From Flavobacteriales bacterium (GTDB lineage: Bacteria; Bacteroidota; Bacteroidia; Palsa-965): a DNA stretch of 64,000 bases. A model generated the notes under the pieces. It worked only from the letters and a program-made list of their open reading frames with translations, did not search any database and was not told the DNA's origin. The translations under genes were made by a program, and so were the position numbers. Below, one piece after another: positions 50,845-60,686 of this stretch; within the stretch, counting starts at the first letter, position 1, and each line of letters opens with the position of its first letter. The DNA lies in contig JBEIPA010000015.1 of the NCBI GenBank assembly GCA_040377305.1, forward strand, positions 1-64,000. Direction: 5' to 3'.

Positions 50845-51367
50845 CCGGAACAGCAGGTGAGAATTTTTTTATCCAGACGTACCACAGTAGAAAAATGAAC
50901 CCGTACATCAAGGTCTGGAACAGGTAAGTATGATTGAAGTCCAGCATTTCGGGGCTCTTTTGCGTTACAATGCAGAGTGCCACAATACGGATGATGTTCA
51001 TGATGTGAATGAGCGTAATACCCACCGGTATATACCAGAGCTTATGCTTCCACTTGCCTGGATAAGCAATGATGAATAAAGAGAAGAGTGCGAACAGGGT
51101 TAGTCCGTTGCATGGATCACCGATCCACAAACCATTTGTTCCCTGAATTCCGATGGTGCGTATTGTTTCGTGAGCGCCCTGAAATGTTTCGAAGCCCATG
51201 GTATCGAGCAACCAGATCGCCCAGAGGGAAGAATCGTTGATCACCAGCGTATCGAGAACACCCCATGGATGGATGACCCATTCGTACAGCATTCGCCATG
51301 CTGCATACATTCCGAGAAATAAGAGGAGGAAGCGGAGTATCCGTTTTTCGCGCGCTTCAAATTTCAT
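50828..51367 (-). CDS. Exosortase (short Bacteroidota XrtF/XrtX type)
   Basis: Triad motifs IGDPCNG (Cys), NIIRI (Arg), FNHTY (His) among TM helices. Confidence 0.88.
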   Translation of the reverse strand: MKFEAREKRILRFLLLFLGMYAAWRMLYEWVIHPWGVLDTLVINDSSLWAIWLLDTMGFETFQGAHETIRTIGIQGTNGLWIGDPCNGLTLFALFSLFIIAYPGKWKHKLWYIPVGITLIHIMNIIRIVALCIVTQKSPEMLDFNHTYLFQTLMYGFIFLLWYVWIKKFSPAVPDAQAN

Positions 51368-51372
51368 AAGGG

Positions 51373-51606
51373 TTAGTCTTGTCCCTTATTGGATTTGAAA
51401 GAATTGTAAAGCTTCTTCCCGCCGAAAATTGCAGCAGCACCAATAGCAACAACAATTCCGCCGTCAACCGGAATACAAGGAGGTGGCCAGCATGGCGGAT
51501 CACCAGGAGGTGGTGGCGGAGGAGGTGGTTGACCATGAAGTGCAGTAACTCCTGCAACAATCACAATAACCAAAAGGGCGAGTATCTGATAGTGACGTTT
51601 CGACAT
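51373..51606 (-). CDS. Tiny PID-CTERM-type sorting-signal protein
   Basis: Signal peptide, then QPPPPPPPGDPPCWPPPC, IPVDGG, hydrophobic helix and KK; 5 nt upstream of the exosortase. Confidence 0.82.
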   Translation of the reverse strand: MSKRHYQILALLVIVIVAGVTALHGQPPPPPPPPGDPPCWPPPCIPVDGGIVVAIGAAAIFGGKKLYNSFKSNKGQD

Positions 51607-51615
51607 CGTAGTAGC

Positions 51616-54258
51616 TTAGTAATAAATTTTCTTCGTAGAAATTTCATTGCCCTTTTGAATACGGACAAGATAAATTCCGTGTGCATCAGGATTGTCAAGA
51701 ACAATGGTCTGTGTACCCACGTTCATTGTTTTTTCGCCCATCACCATACGACCACTCAGGTCGAACATGCTTACGGTTACGATTTCTTCAACTTCAAATT
51801 CAAACTGCGCAAAGATCATCTCTCCGCTTACGTACACGTTTGTTGCAGCATCAAGTGAAGTTGCAGTAGTCTGCAAATCGAATGTGCAGTCGTTCGTACG
51901 CTCGAAGTGCAGCACGAAGTTTCTTGTTGCACCCATTTCAGCTTCTTCAAACTGATACGTGTCGTATTGGTTCAGGTTGATACGTGCGCCGGTTTCCAGG
52001 TCTTCCAGCCAAGCACAGTTGTATTCAGTAACGGTGCTGAGATCTTTGAATGTAAGAATCTGTGTACCCGGAGTAGAAGTAACAACTGCAACCGGAATGG
52101 TCAGATGATCCTGAGTAGTTCCGATATTATTCAGAATGAATTGCTCTCCCAATGAATTTTGCGTGTACACATGCGTTGCGTTTTCGTACGGAGACGCGAG
52201 GTATGGCAAATCGTAAAACATATCATACGACTCATCGCCGGCCGCATCCAGCTTAACGACTGTTTCTTCGCCAAGGCCGTTCACTGCGTTGCCCGCTTTA
52301 ATCCGGATCTGGTTACCGGAGAGCACACGCATCACGTTCGGATTTGCCACTAAGCTCTTACAAGATTCCGTGAACGTAATGTTTCCACCGGTTGAAGCAA
52401 TACACATGAAGCCTTGTGCTGCTGCAATAGTTCCACCATTAGGGTTTGTTGCATACGATCCGTTTTCCTGGAGGATCACAAAGTTCGGGCTCAGCGATGC
52501 AGAAGATGCTGCTGCAACACTTGCATACGTAACGGGACAAGCATAAGGGTTACCCACGAGGTTGTAACCTGCACCTGCACCACCAGCAGTAACTGCACGG
52601 TTTACAGTATTGAAATTTGGAGTACCACGTGTATCGAAAACCAGTGGAGCTGTCAGTGAACTAACATTATCTGCCATCCAGACCATGATACCTCTTCCAG
52701 GTGTAAGTGGTGTTGCGGTAGTTGTAACGTTTGTGTATGTGTTTGTTGTTTCAGAATAGGTGCGAACCGAACGGAAAACAGGGCAGCACGCATTCCCATC
52801 GTTACCGCCAACACCGCTCATATAAAATCGTGTGTCGTTATCCCAATCAGCAAGAGTAGTTGCTGCTACAGGAGAAGAGACATACTGCCAATAAGCAGTT
52901 GCAGGACCATTCACGAAAGTCTGAACGACCCATCCTGTACCGGTTAATGAAGCTAACGCGCCCAATGGGGCAATGCGTGCGTAAGTTGTAGTGCCCGTTG
53001 CAGAAAGGATAACAGTTCCGAATGCCGACGGACCGAATGAGCCTGTGGTGACAGTAAGTATGTTCGAGATGGTCTTAATGAAATTGACCGTTATAGAAGA
53101 CGTGTTGGAAATCGTGAGGTTGTAAAAAACCGTACTCGAAACACCATCTATAGCCTGAGGAGTGCTACCTAACATACGAACAGTACCTTGTCTCGCAGTG
53201 AAGTTGCCATTGTCCTGCCAGGTACCCGAAAGTGTGATCTGATGATTGGCAACACCCACATCGAGTGTTCCTGAAACGATTGCGAGTGAACCTGCACAAA
53301 TAATTGCACGCGCTAATGTTACGGTGCCCGACGACATAATCGTGAGGTTGTTGAAGCCTTCACCAGCAAGATTCGCACTTTGAATCACCTGGCTTGAGCC
53401 GATCATATTAACGCCAATCTGATTGGTGCAGTTAATACCTGCGAAGTTTATCCAGTTGCCACCCACATTTAAAAACTGGTTTGCACAGTCAACTGTTGTT
53501 CCGGCAAAAATACGGAAGTCGCCATTCACGGTTAGATTTCCACCTGACCATGTTTTTGTGCTTGAACCTGACGAAAGTAAGTCGAGATGGTGATAGGTTT
53601 GCAACATGATTGGATTCGCAGAGTTTCCGTTGTATCTCATGCGATTGCCAGAAATTGCAAAGTTGTAGTTAGAAGAATTTCCAAGCAATGGTTGTGCAAC
53701 AGAAAATGTACCAGTGGACCAATTGGTGAATAAACCTGTGCCCGAAGGTGAAATTGAACCTCCGGTAAGAGCCACGTTACCGCGGTTTGTAAGGCGGGCA
53801 TTATCCTGAATATAGAAGTAATTTACTTTGAGAATATTCGAGCCCGGAGCAATAGAGACGTTACAACCATTCATGAAATTCCAGTTGCCACCGTTGGTGA
53901 AAGTGCCGGCAATGGCAATCGTAGCCGGGTTGCCGTAGAAGTACATGTGGCTTACGCTTAGTGTAACACCGTTGCGGATGAAGTCACCACGCACCCGAAT
54001 ATTTCTGCTGTTGAAATTCAACGTACAGCCCGCGTTGATGATGAGGTCAACACAATCAGAAAGTGCCTGCAATGTGATTGTGTGATTACCTTGAATCGTT
54101 ACATCGTCATCCAGATCCGGAATATTATCTGCGTCGAAACCAGTATGTGTCCACGAACCTGATGCGTTCCAGTTGCCTGTGGCAAATGAAGTGAAAGTTG
54201 CTGCATTCAGATTCAACGCAAAAAAGACGAAAAGGGCTACTTGTATAATTCGATTCAT
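51616..54258 (-). CDS. T9SS type-A cargo protein (G8-like N-terminus, beta-helix-like repeats)
   Basis: GNW....W / DDVTI..H.I; repeated GN/G.W.N units; WQYVSSPV; YNLVGNPY; CTD FDLSGR..GIYLV..KKIYY. Confidence 0.85.
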   Translation of the reverse strand: MNRIIQVALFVFFALNLNAATFTSFATGNWNASGSWTHTGFDADNIPDLDDDVTIQGNHTITLQALSDCVDLIINAGCTLNFNSRNIRVRGDFIRNGVTLSVSHMYFYGNPATIAIAGTFTNGGNWNFMNGCNVSIAPGSNILKVNYFYIQDNARLTNRGNVALTGGSISPSGTGLFTNWSTGTFSVAQPLLGNSSNYNFAISGNRMRYNGNSANPIMLQTYHHLDLLSSGSSTKTWSGGNLTVNGDFRIFAGTTVDCANQFLNVGGNWINFAGINCTNQIGVNMIGSSQVIQSANLAGEGFNNLTIMSSGTVTLARAIICAGSLAIVSGTLDVGVANHQITLSGTWQDNGNFTARQGTVRMLGSTPQAIDGVSSTVFYNLTISNTSSITVNFIKTISNILTVTTGSFGPSAFGTVILSATGTTTYARIAPLGALASLTGTGWVVQTFVNGPATAYWQYVSSPVAATTLADWDNDTRFYMSGVGGNDGNACCPVFRSVRTYSETTNTYTNVTTTATPLTPGRGIMVWMADNVSSLTAPLVFDTRGTPNFNTVNRAVTAGGAGAGYNLVGNPYACPVTYASVAAASSASLSPNFVILQENGSYATNPNGGTIAAAQGFMCIASTGGNITFTESCKSLVANPNVMRVLSGNQIRIKAGNAVNGLGEETVVKLDAAGDESYDMFYDLPYLASPYENATHVYTQNSLGEQFILNNIGTTQDHLTIPVAVVTSTPGTQILTFKDLSTVTEYNCAWLEDLETGARINLNQYDTYQFEEAEMGATRNFVLHFERTNDCTFDLQTTATSLDAATNVYVSGEMIFAQFEFEVEEIVTVSMFDLSGRMVMGEKTMNVGTQTIVLDNPDAHGIYLVRIQKGNEISTKKIYY

Positions 54259-54289
54259 GTTCAATGATTTAGGGGCACTTTATTTGGAA

Positions 54290-54361
54290 CAAAGTTACTC
54301 AATTTATACGCAATTAGCCAGAATATGGTTTAGCCCTCCGCACGGGATTTTGTTAACTTTA
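54290..54361. promoter_or_regulatory. Back-to-back divergent -7 boxes
   Basis: TAACTTTG on the minus strand (54290-54297) and TAACTTTA on the plus strand (54354-54361). Confidence 0.6.
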
Positions 54362-54369
54362 CCGCCTTA

Positions 54370-56784
54370 ATGAAAACGAGCGCCGGCATTATCAGTCAAG
54401 GGGATCTAACGCGGATTTGGGCTATTGTCCGCAAAAACTGGTGGATTGTGGTGTTGATAAGTGCCGTTGGGTTCGGAATAGGGAACCTCTACACCTACAA
54501 GCTTACGAACACGTATGGGGCAACCACCCAGATTTTGTTGCGTTCCAACGACGAAATCAAGCAGGGTAGCATCATTTCTGATAATCCCTATTACGGTCCA
54601 ACAATCAAAACATATATCGATAATTCGAACGAAAGGCGAATTCTTACCTCGTACGATCTGATTCTGGAGACAATTGAGCGCCTTGACTTCGACGTATCCT
54701 ACTTTATCGTTGGACGTGTTCGTACCGATGAATTGTTCCAGGGACTTCCATTTGATGTTACTGTGGGTGAAATGGACCGGGAATTCTACGAGCAGAAAAT
54801 GAGTTTTAAGATAGTAAACGACAAGGAATACACACTCAAGTACGTGAAGGGTGGACAGGATGTTGAGGTAAAAGGAGTGTTTGGGAAAGACTTTAAGAAT
54901 GACGATTTCCATATTCTGGTCAAGCTTAAAAAATCGGGTGAACAACTGCAGGCTGCAATTGGTGCGGACTACCTGATTCAGGCCCATTCGATCGGTACTT
55001 TGGTATCGAAGTTCCAGGGCTCAATGAAAGTAGAATCTCCGGAATACACGAACATCCTTGAGATAAGTGTCGAAGATGAAATTCCGGAGCGGGGTGTCAT
55101 GTTTCTGGATACGCTCATACAGGTTTACGTGGAGAATTCATTGGAGCAACGTATGGCTGTCAATGAAAATACAGTTTACTTCATCGACAGGCAATTGTTG
55201 GAGGTTACCAGTATTCTGAACAATATTGAAGACTCGCTTCAAACTTATCGTGAAGGGAATGTGATTATTAATCTTGAGGACGAAGGACAACAATTCTTCA
55301 GTCAATACATGGGATTTAATAACAGAAAACGAAGCATGCAATTGCAAATTCAGGGACTGAAAGATTTGCAGGAATATATGAACACCAACAAGGACCCTCA
55401 ATTCCTTCCACCGGCAGCATTTTTCTCCTTTGGTGATCCCTATCTCGATCGGAGTATTACCCAGTTATATGGTCTGCAAATCAGTAGGGTCTCAATTCTT
55501 AGCACAGGCACGGAAGCAAATCCGGATGTAGTTGCACTTGACTCAAATATTACGCAACTCAAACGCAATATGAACACCTACATCAATAATAACCGGTTGG
55601 CTATTATTGAGAATATTAAAGCGACGGAATTGCAGATCGATACTTCGATTATGGAGTTGCAGGAAATTCCTCTCAAGCAAAGAGGCCTGAAAAACATTAA
55701 CCGCGAACTTCAGGTTCACGAGAACATGTACCTCTTTCTTCTGCAAAGAAAAGCAACGACCATTATTGCGCGTGGAGGTATTCTTCCCGAGACAAAAATT
55801 ATCGACAGGGCAAGAAATATCGGAGTGGTTCGTCCGAACAGAACCATGATCAATTATTACTTTGCTGGTGGCGCTTTTATTCTGTCGCTTATTATTGTTT
55901 TCATACGCATCATGTTCTTCGCGCGAATTGAATCGTACGAAGAATTGAAAGCAGCTACCGATCTGCCGGTCATCGGAGAAATTATTTATACCCCGCTCGC
56001 CGAGGATATCAAGCTTGTTGTGGATAGTGATCCGAAATCGCCGGTGGCAGAATCGTTCCGTACGGTGCGTACGAATTTACAGTACATGCTTGGGGATCGG
56101 GATAAAGGTGTAATTGTAATTACTTCCAATAGTCCGGGAGAAGGAAAAACATTCTGCTCAATCAATCTTGCCGGAATTCTGGCGAAGGGTGGCAAGAAAA
56201 CGATTCTGTTGGAGCTGGATCTCCATAAGCCACGTGTACATAAGGGACTGGGAATTGAGCACAAGATTGGATTCAGTACGCTGGCTATCGGAAAGTCGGA
56301 ACTGAAAGATATAATCATTCCAACCCAACTCGAAAATCTGGACGTGATTCTCTCCGGACCATTACCTCCGAATCCATCTGAAATTGTAGTATCGAAAGTG
56401 ATGACTACAGTTCTCGATTATTGTAAAGCCAACTATGATTTTGTAATCATCGATACACCACCGGTTGGACTCATTACAGATGCGCTTGTGCTGATGAAGC
56501 ATTCCGACGTCAGCATTTTCGTATTGAACACGAAGGCTGCATCGAAGACTGCATTGCAGAACGCTCATGAAATTGTACAGATGAACAAGCTTTCACATTT
56601 TGGGTTCATCCTCAACGGTGTGAAGCGTAAGAAATCGAAGTACTACTACAATCGCTATGCTTATGGTTACGGAAGTTACGGCGGTGGTTATGGATCTTAC
56701 GGGGGAGAAGGCTCGTACGGTGGTTATGGCTCATACGGTGACAAAACCGGAAAGAAAGCGCCTTTTGGCAAGAGAAAGAACTAG
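54370..56784 (+). CDS. wzc: Polysaccharide co-polymerase / BY-kinase (Wzc-like)
   Basis: Two TMs flanking a coiled-coil; ESFR.VRTNL, PGEGKT, DLHKP, IDTPP; C-terminal Tyr cluster. Confidence 0.92.
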   Translation: MKTSAGIISQGDLTRIWAIVRKNWWIVVLISAVGFGIGNLYTYKLTNTYGATTQILLRSNDEIKQGSIISDNPYYGPTIKTYIDNSNERRILTSYDLILETIERLDFDVSYFIVGRVRTDELFQGLPFDVTVGEMDREFYEQKMSFKIVNDKEYTLKYVKGGQDVEVKGVFGKDFKNDDFHILVKLKKSGEQLQAAIGADYLIQAHSIGTLVSKFQGSMKVESPEYTNILEISVEDEIPERGVMFLDTLIQVYVENSLEQRMAVNENTVYFIDRQLLEVTSILNNIEDSLQTYREGNVIINLEDEGQQFFSQYMGFNNRKRSMQLQIQGLKDLQEYMNTNKDPQFLPPAAFFSFGDPYLDRSITQLYGLQISRVSILSTGTEANPDVVALDSNITQLKRNMNTYINNNRLAIIENIKATELQIDTSIMELQEIPLKQRGLKNINRELQVHENMYLFLLQRKATTIIARGGILPETKIIDRARNIGVVRPNRTMINYYFAGGAFILSLIIVFIRIMFFARIESYEELKAATDLPVIGEIIYTPLAEDIKLVVDSDPKSPVAESFRTVRTNLQYMLGDRDKGVIVITSNSPGEGKTFCSINLAGILAKGGKKTILLELDLHKPRVHKGLGIEHKIGFSTLAIGKSELKDIIIPTQLENLDVILSGPLPPNPSEIVVSKVMTTVLDYCKANYDFVIIDTPPVGLITDALVLMKHSDVSIFVLNTKAASKTALQNAHEIVQMNKLSHFGFILNGVKRKKSKYYYNRYAYGYGSYGGGYGSYGGEGSYGGYGSYGDKTGKKAPFGKRKN

Positions 56785-56823
56785 GGTCATTACAGCAACT
56801 TACAGAGATAAACCCATATAAAA

Positions 56824-57687
56824 TTGCTCGAGAATCAACATTTAAAAACACGTGTTTATTCACCTGGGGGAACCGGTGACAATTTCTTCGCTATCTGGAG
56901 AAGTATTATTCGCGAGTTCTGGTTAAGTCATGGGTTGGGTTTTCGGCTTGCTTCCAGAAACATAAGCGCACGTTACCGTAGAAGTTTGTTGGGTTTCCTT
57001 TGGGCGTTCCTTCCACCAATCGTTACCTCAATTGTTTGGATCGTGCTTAATGATCAGAAAATTGTACAGTTTGGTAAAACAGATATTCCTTATCCACTGT
57101 TCGTTGTTTGCGGCACCACATTGTGGCAGATGTTCACTTCTGCAGTTGTCATTCCGATCCAAACGGTCAATGCCAGTAAGTCAATCTTGTCGAAGATCAA
57201 CTTCCCACGTGAGGCGATTCTGATTAATGCTTTTTACGAGATCTTATTTAACGTAGTAATTGGAATGATTATCATCGGCGCAATGTTGATTTATTCCGGA
57301 ATTAATCCGGGTTTTAGTGCGCTTCTATATCTGCCTTTAATTCTTCAGCTCATTTTAATTGGGTTCACGGTAAGCTTGTTCCTCCTTCCGCTTTCTCTAC
57401 TTTATTCCGACGTTCAGTATTTATTGCCAACGGCATTACAATTTGTCATGTACCTGACTCCCGTTATCTATCCTAAGCCAGTACTCACGTCATTCGAGTG
57501 GCTGTTCAAGTACAATCCTGTAGGATTAACGCTTCAATATATACGGGGCGGCATTACAAATTCTGTGGTTGATGTCACGACTTTGGATTTTGTCACGGTT
57601 GGCTTAGCAACACTTGGTTTATTCGTAGTGGGAGTTGTGTTATTCCGGATTACAATGGAAGTTTTGATAGAACGGATGGGTAGCTGA
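56824..57687 (+). CDS. wzm: Polysaccharide ABC transporter permease
   Basis: RY..S.LG.LW....P, KINFPRE, YLTPVIYP, NP. Confidence 0.9.
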   Translation: MLENQHLKTRVYSPGGTGDNFFAIWRSIIREFWLSHGLGFRLASRNISARYRRSLLGFLWAFLPPIVTSIVWIVLNDQKIVQFGKTDIPYPLFVVCGTTLWQMFTSAVVIPIQTVNASKSILSKINFPREAILINAFYEILFNVVIGMIIIGAMLIYSGINPGFSALLYLPLILQLILIGFTVSLFLLPLSLLYSDVQYLLPTALQFVMYLTPVIYPKPVLTSFEWLFKYNPVGLTLQYIRGGITNSVVDVTTLDFVTVGLATLGLFVVGVVLFRITMEVLIERMGS

Positions 57688-58886
57688 TGATACAGAATAG
57701 AGACATACTTGTAAAAGTTCAGGGTGTTGGCAAGAAGTTCAGCAAAGACCTCAAAAAGTCATTGCGATACGGATTGTTTGATGTCTGTAAGTCTGTAGTT
57801 GGATTGGGTTCACGTGAGCGCTCTGTACTGCGTAAAGATGAGTTCTGGGCAGTTCGTGATGTAAGCTTTGAACTGAGACGAGGTGAAGTTCTGGGACTGA
57901 TAGGACACAATGGTGCAGGGAAGAGTACACTTCTGAAAATGCTCAACGGATTGATCAGACCCGATGAAGGATCGATCACGATGCATGGACGGGTAGGAGC
58001 TTTGATTGAGTTGGGCACAGGTTTTAATCCGGTGCTTACAGGACGTGAGAATATTTATGTCAATGGACAAATTCTTGGGTTCTCGAAGAAAGAAATTGAT
58101 GGGAAACTAGAGTCTATTATTGACTTCTCGGAGATTCGTGAATTCATAGACAGCCCGGTTCAGAGTTATAGTAGCGGAATGAAAGTTCGTTTGGGATTTG
58201 CAGTGGCCTCGCAAATGGAACCTGACGTTCTCATTCTTGACGAGGTGCTTGCTGTTGGCGACATCGGCTTTCGCGGCAAATGCATGAAAGTAGTTCATGA
58301 AATGATGAACAGAGCAGCGGTAATTTTCGTGTCACATTCAATGCCTGTTGTAAACAGATATTGCAATAGAGCGATGATGCTTGCAAAAGGTGCAATGATG
58401 ATGGACACATATGAAGTCCAACTAGCTATTGACAAGTATCTGAGTTCTTTCGAAGGCAACAATTCAAATATTTTTTCTTCGGGACAAGTGGAGTTGCAGA
58501 AGTTTGGATTCAATGGCATTGAACTACAAACCGGAAAAGGTGAAGTGCCGGTATTTGACCACGCCGAAATCCGTATTAATCTGAAGTCTTTGGATGAGCG
58601 ACTGTCAAAGGTTCGAATCCGACTGAACTTCATCAATAAAGATTTACTCATTGTTGCTTCGGTCATTTCGGAAGAGATAGCTGTTGAACAAGGGCTGATA
58701 AATTATTACTTCAAAGCAGGACCGTTTAATGCTCAGCCGGGTATGTACAAAGTTTCATTGGTTGTTTTTGGGGAAAGCTTCAGAGACGCGCTATTGATAC
58801 ATGATTCTGTATACAACATTCAGGTAACAGGAGAGAAAGATTACGGCGGACATGTTATTATCCTTAAAACTGAACCTATTTCTTAA
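57687..58886 (+). CDS. wzt: Polysaccharide ABC transporter ATPase with C-terminal Wzt_C-like domain
   Basis: GHNGAGKST, YSSGM..RL, ILDEVLAVGD, VSH; ~150-aa C-terminal extension. Confidence 0.93.
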   Translation: MIQNRDILVKVQGVGKKFSKDLKKSLRYGLFDVCKSVVGLGSRERSVLRKDEFWAVRDVSFELRRGEVLGLIGHNGAGKSTLLKMLNGLIRPDEGSITMHGRVGALIELGTGFNPVLTGRENIYVNGQILGFSKKEIDGKLESIIDFSEIREFIDSPVQSYSSGMKVRLGFAVASQMEPDVLILDEVLAVGDIGFRGKCMKVVHEMMNRAAVIFVSHSMPVVNRYCNRAMMLAKGAMMMDTYEVQLAIDKYLSSFEGNNSNIFSSGQVELQKFGFNGIELQTGKGEVPVFDHAEIRINLKSLDERLSKVRIRLNFINKDLLIVASVISEEIAVEQGLINYYFKAGPFNAQPGMYKVSLVVFGESFRDALLIHDSVYNIQVTGEKDYGGHVIILKTEPIS

Positions 58887-58893
58887 TCGCACT

Positions 58894-59484
58894 ATGAACA
58901 AGAACGAAATATTAAAAGCAGCTCTGGCCTGCCAAGGGTGGGGAACGGAAGGTCAGCTTTCGGTAATGTATGATTTGGTGCAGAAGCATGCACAAGTCGA
59001 CGGAGATATACTTGAGATCGGTTCAGCTTGGGGCCGCAGCGCAGTTATGTTTGGGTTGTCTTCACCCAAAAAGCTCTGGTCAATCGATCCGCATTCTGGT
59101 GGTCTTCGTTACATTCTTAATAACGAGAATCAGAATTCGTATGATGAATTTCTTGGCAACTTAAAGAAGAATGGTTTGATTGATAAAGTGGGAGTCGTTA
59201 AGGCTACTACCAAAGATGCCCGCGATCAGCAACTGATTCCGGCGGACGTTAAATTCGCATTTGTATATATTGACGGACTGCATACTGCGGAAGGCGTAGA
59301 AATTGATATTGATTTTGCATGGCCTCGTTTAACTCCGGGAGCAGTTGTTGCCTTTGATGATTACTTTGTTCCGGGCGTTGTGGATATGAAAGAGATGATC
59401 GATGCGAAAGTTAAAGCGTATGGTCAAAAGCTTATCCTGGACGATAAGGTCAAGCTCGCATATTTCATTTACACAAAGGACTGA
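58894..59484 (+). CDS. Class I SAM methyltransferase (Methyltransf_24-like)
   Basis: LEIGS..GRS, YIDG.H, L.PG.V..FDDY. Confidence 0.88.
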   Translation: MNKNEILKAALACQGWGTEGQLSVMYDLVQKHAQVDGDILEIGSAWGRSAVMFGLSSPKKLWSIDPHSGGLRYILNNENQNSYDEFLGNLKKNGLIDKVGVVKATTKDARDQQLIPADVKFAFVYIDGLHTAEGVEIDIDFAWPRLTPGAVVAFDDYFVPGVVDMKEMIDAKVKAYGQKLILDDKVKLAYFIYTKD

Positions 59485-59509
59485 GTTTTCTCTCTCTTAA
59501 AGGAAATAA

Positions 59510-60679
59510 ATGAAAATGCAGTTGACGGTAGATGAGCACAAGACGACAATTGCTAATGGGAAGGACACCGGCAATATCCCGATACATCTTCCTGGCTTAA
59601 ATGGTTTACGTGCCATCGCGGCGATCAGTGTCCTTTTTGCACATCTTACGATATCACTAAAACGTTTTGGTTTAAACAGCTTCATTCTGGGTACTGATCC
59701 GAATGGAAAGCCCTTTGGAGCTTTTGTTGCAGGAATTGGAGTGACCATTTTTTTTACGCTAAGTGGTTTTCTGATCACCTATCTGCTTCTCCATGAGAAG
59801 CCGATGAATATCAACATAAGACACTTTTACATTCGCAGGGTTTTAAGAATCTGGCCGTTGTATTTCTTATATCTTGGAATTGCTCTGCTTACATTGAAGC
59901 TTTATTCCACTGAATATGATGCAGGCGGTTTAGGATGGTATCTGTTTTTAGGCGCGAATATTCCGTTTATTTTCGGAGGACAAATTCCTTTGATAGGACA
60001 CTACTGGTCGTTGGGTGTTGAAGAGCAATTCTACTTGTTCTGGCCATGGATTGTAAAAAAAGTCAAAGAGCAGTGGCTAATTTTTGTATTCGTAACGCTT
60101 GCCGGTCTTCTCATAGCTGCAAAGTGTTACTGCAGGTATTATGAAATAACGACTCACGACAATTTACCTTTTTACTTTTTGTATATCAACCGTTTTGATT
60201 GCATGATTCTAGGCGCGATTGGTGCATTAGTGTATTTCAGGCGCAAGGAGAAATTACTCCGTATTGTTTGTCATCCTGTGTCTCAACTGATCAGTTGGGG
60301 CGTAATACTTTATTTTTTCCTTAACCGGCATCTGGGAATGCTGTTTAGTCACGAGGTTGCATCAGTTGCAACGGTATTTCTGATCATTGCGCAGTCTGAA
60401 AAAAGAAATCGCATTATTAATCTGAACAATGCCGTGTTTGATTTACTGGGCAAAATATCTTACGGCATTTATGTCATTCATCCTTTGATAATTTTCTTCA
60501 GCGTTTCTCTTATTGGAAATCTTGAAGATACGTGGTCGAGCTATGTATTGGTCTATTTGGGAATTACGGGAGTAACGCTGCTTGCTTCTTATGCGTCTTA
60601 TCAGTATTTTGAACGAAAATTCCTGAAGGTAAAACACAAATTCACCACGGTATTGAGTTCGGGCAACCGGGTAAACTAA
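59510..60679 (+). CDS. Acyltransferase family 3
   Basis: LNGLRAIA, FF.LSGFLIT, FYIRR.LRIWP, WSL.VEEQFY, ISYG.Y..H. Confidence 0.9.
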   Translation: MKMQLTVDEHKTTIANGKDTGNIPIHLPGLNGLRAIAAISVLFAHLTISLKRFGLNSFILGTDPNGKPFGAFVAGIGVTIFFTLSGFLITYLLLHEKPMNINIRHFYIRRVLRIWPLYFLYLGIALLTLKLYSTEYDAGGLGWYLFLGANIPFIFGGQIPLIGHYWSLGVEEQFYLFWPWIVKKVKEQWLIFVFVTLAGLLIAAKCYCRYYEITTHDNLPFYFLYINRFDCMILGAIGALVYFRRKEKLLRIVCHPVSQLISWGVILYFFLNRHLGMLFSHEVASVATVFLIIAQSEKRNRIINLNNAVFDLLGKISYGIYVIHPLIIFFSVSLIGNLEDTWSSYVLVYLGITGVTLLASYASYQYFERKFLKVKHKFTTVLSSGNRVN

Positions 60680-60686
60680 TTACAAC

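Noticed and set aside
56640-56740. GSYGG repeats at the end of wzc
   Set aside because: Expected BY-kinase tyrosine cluster
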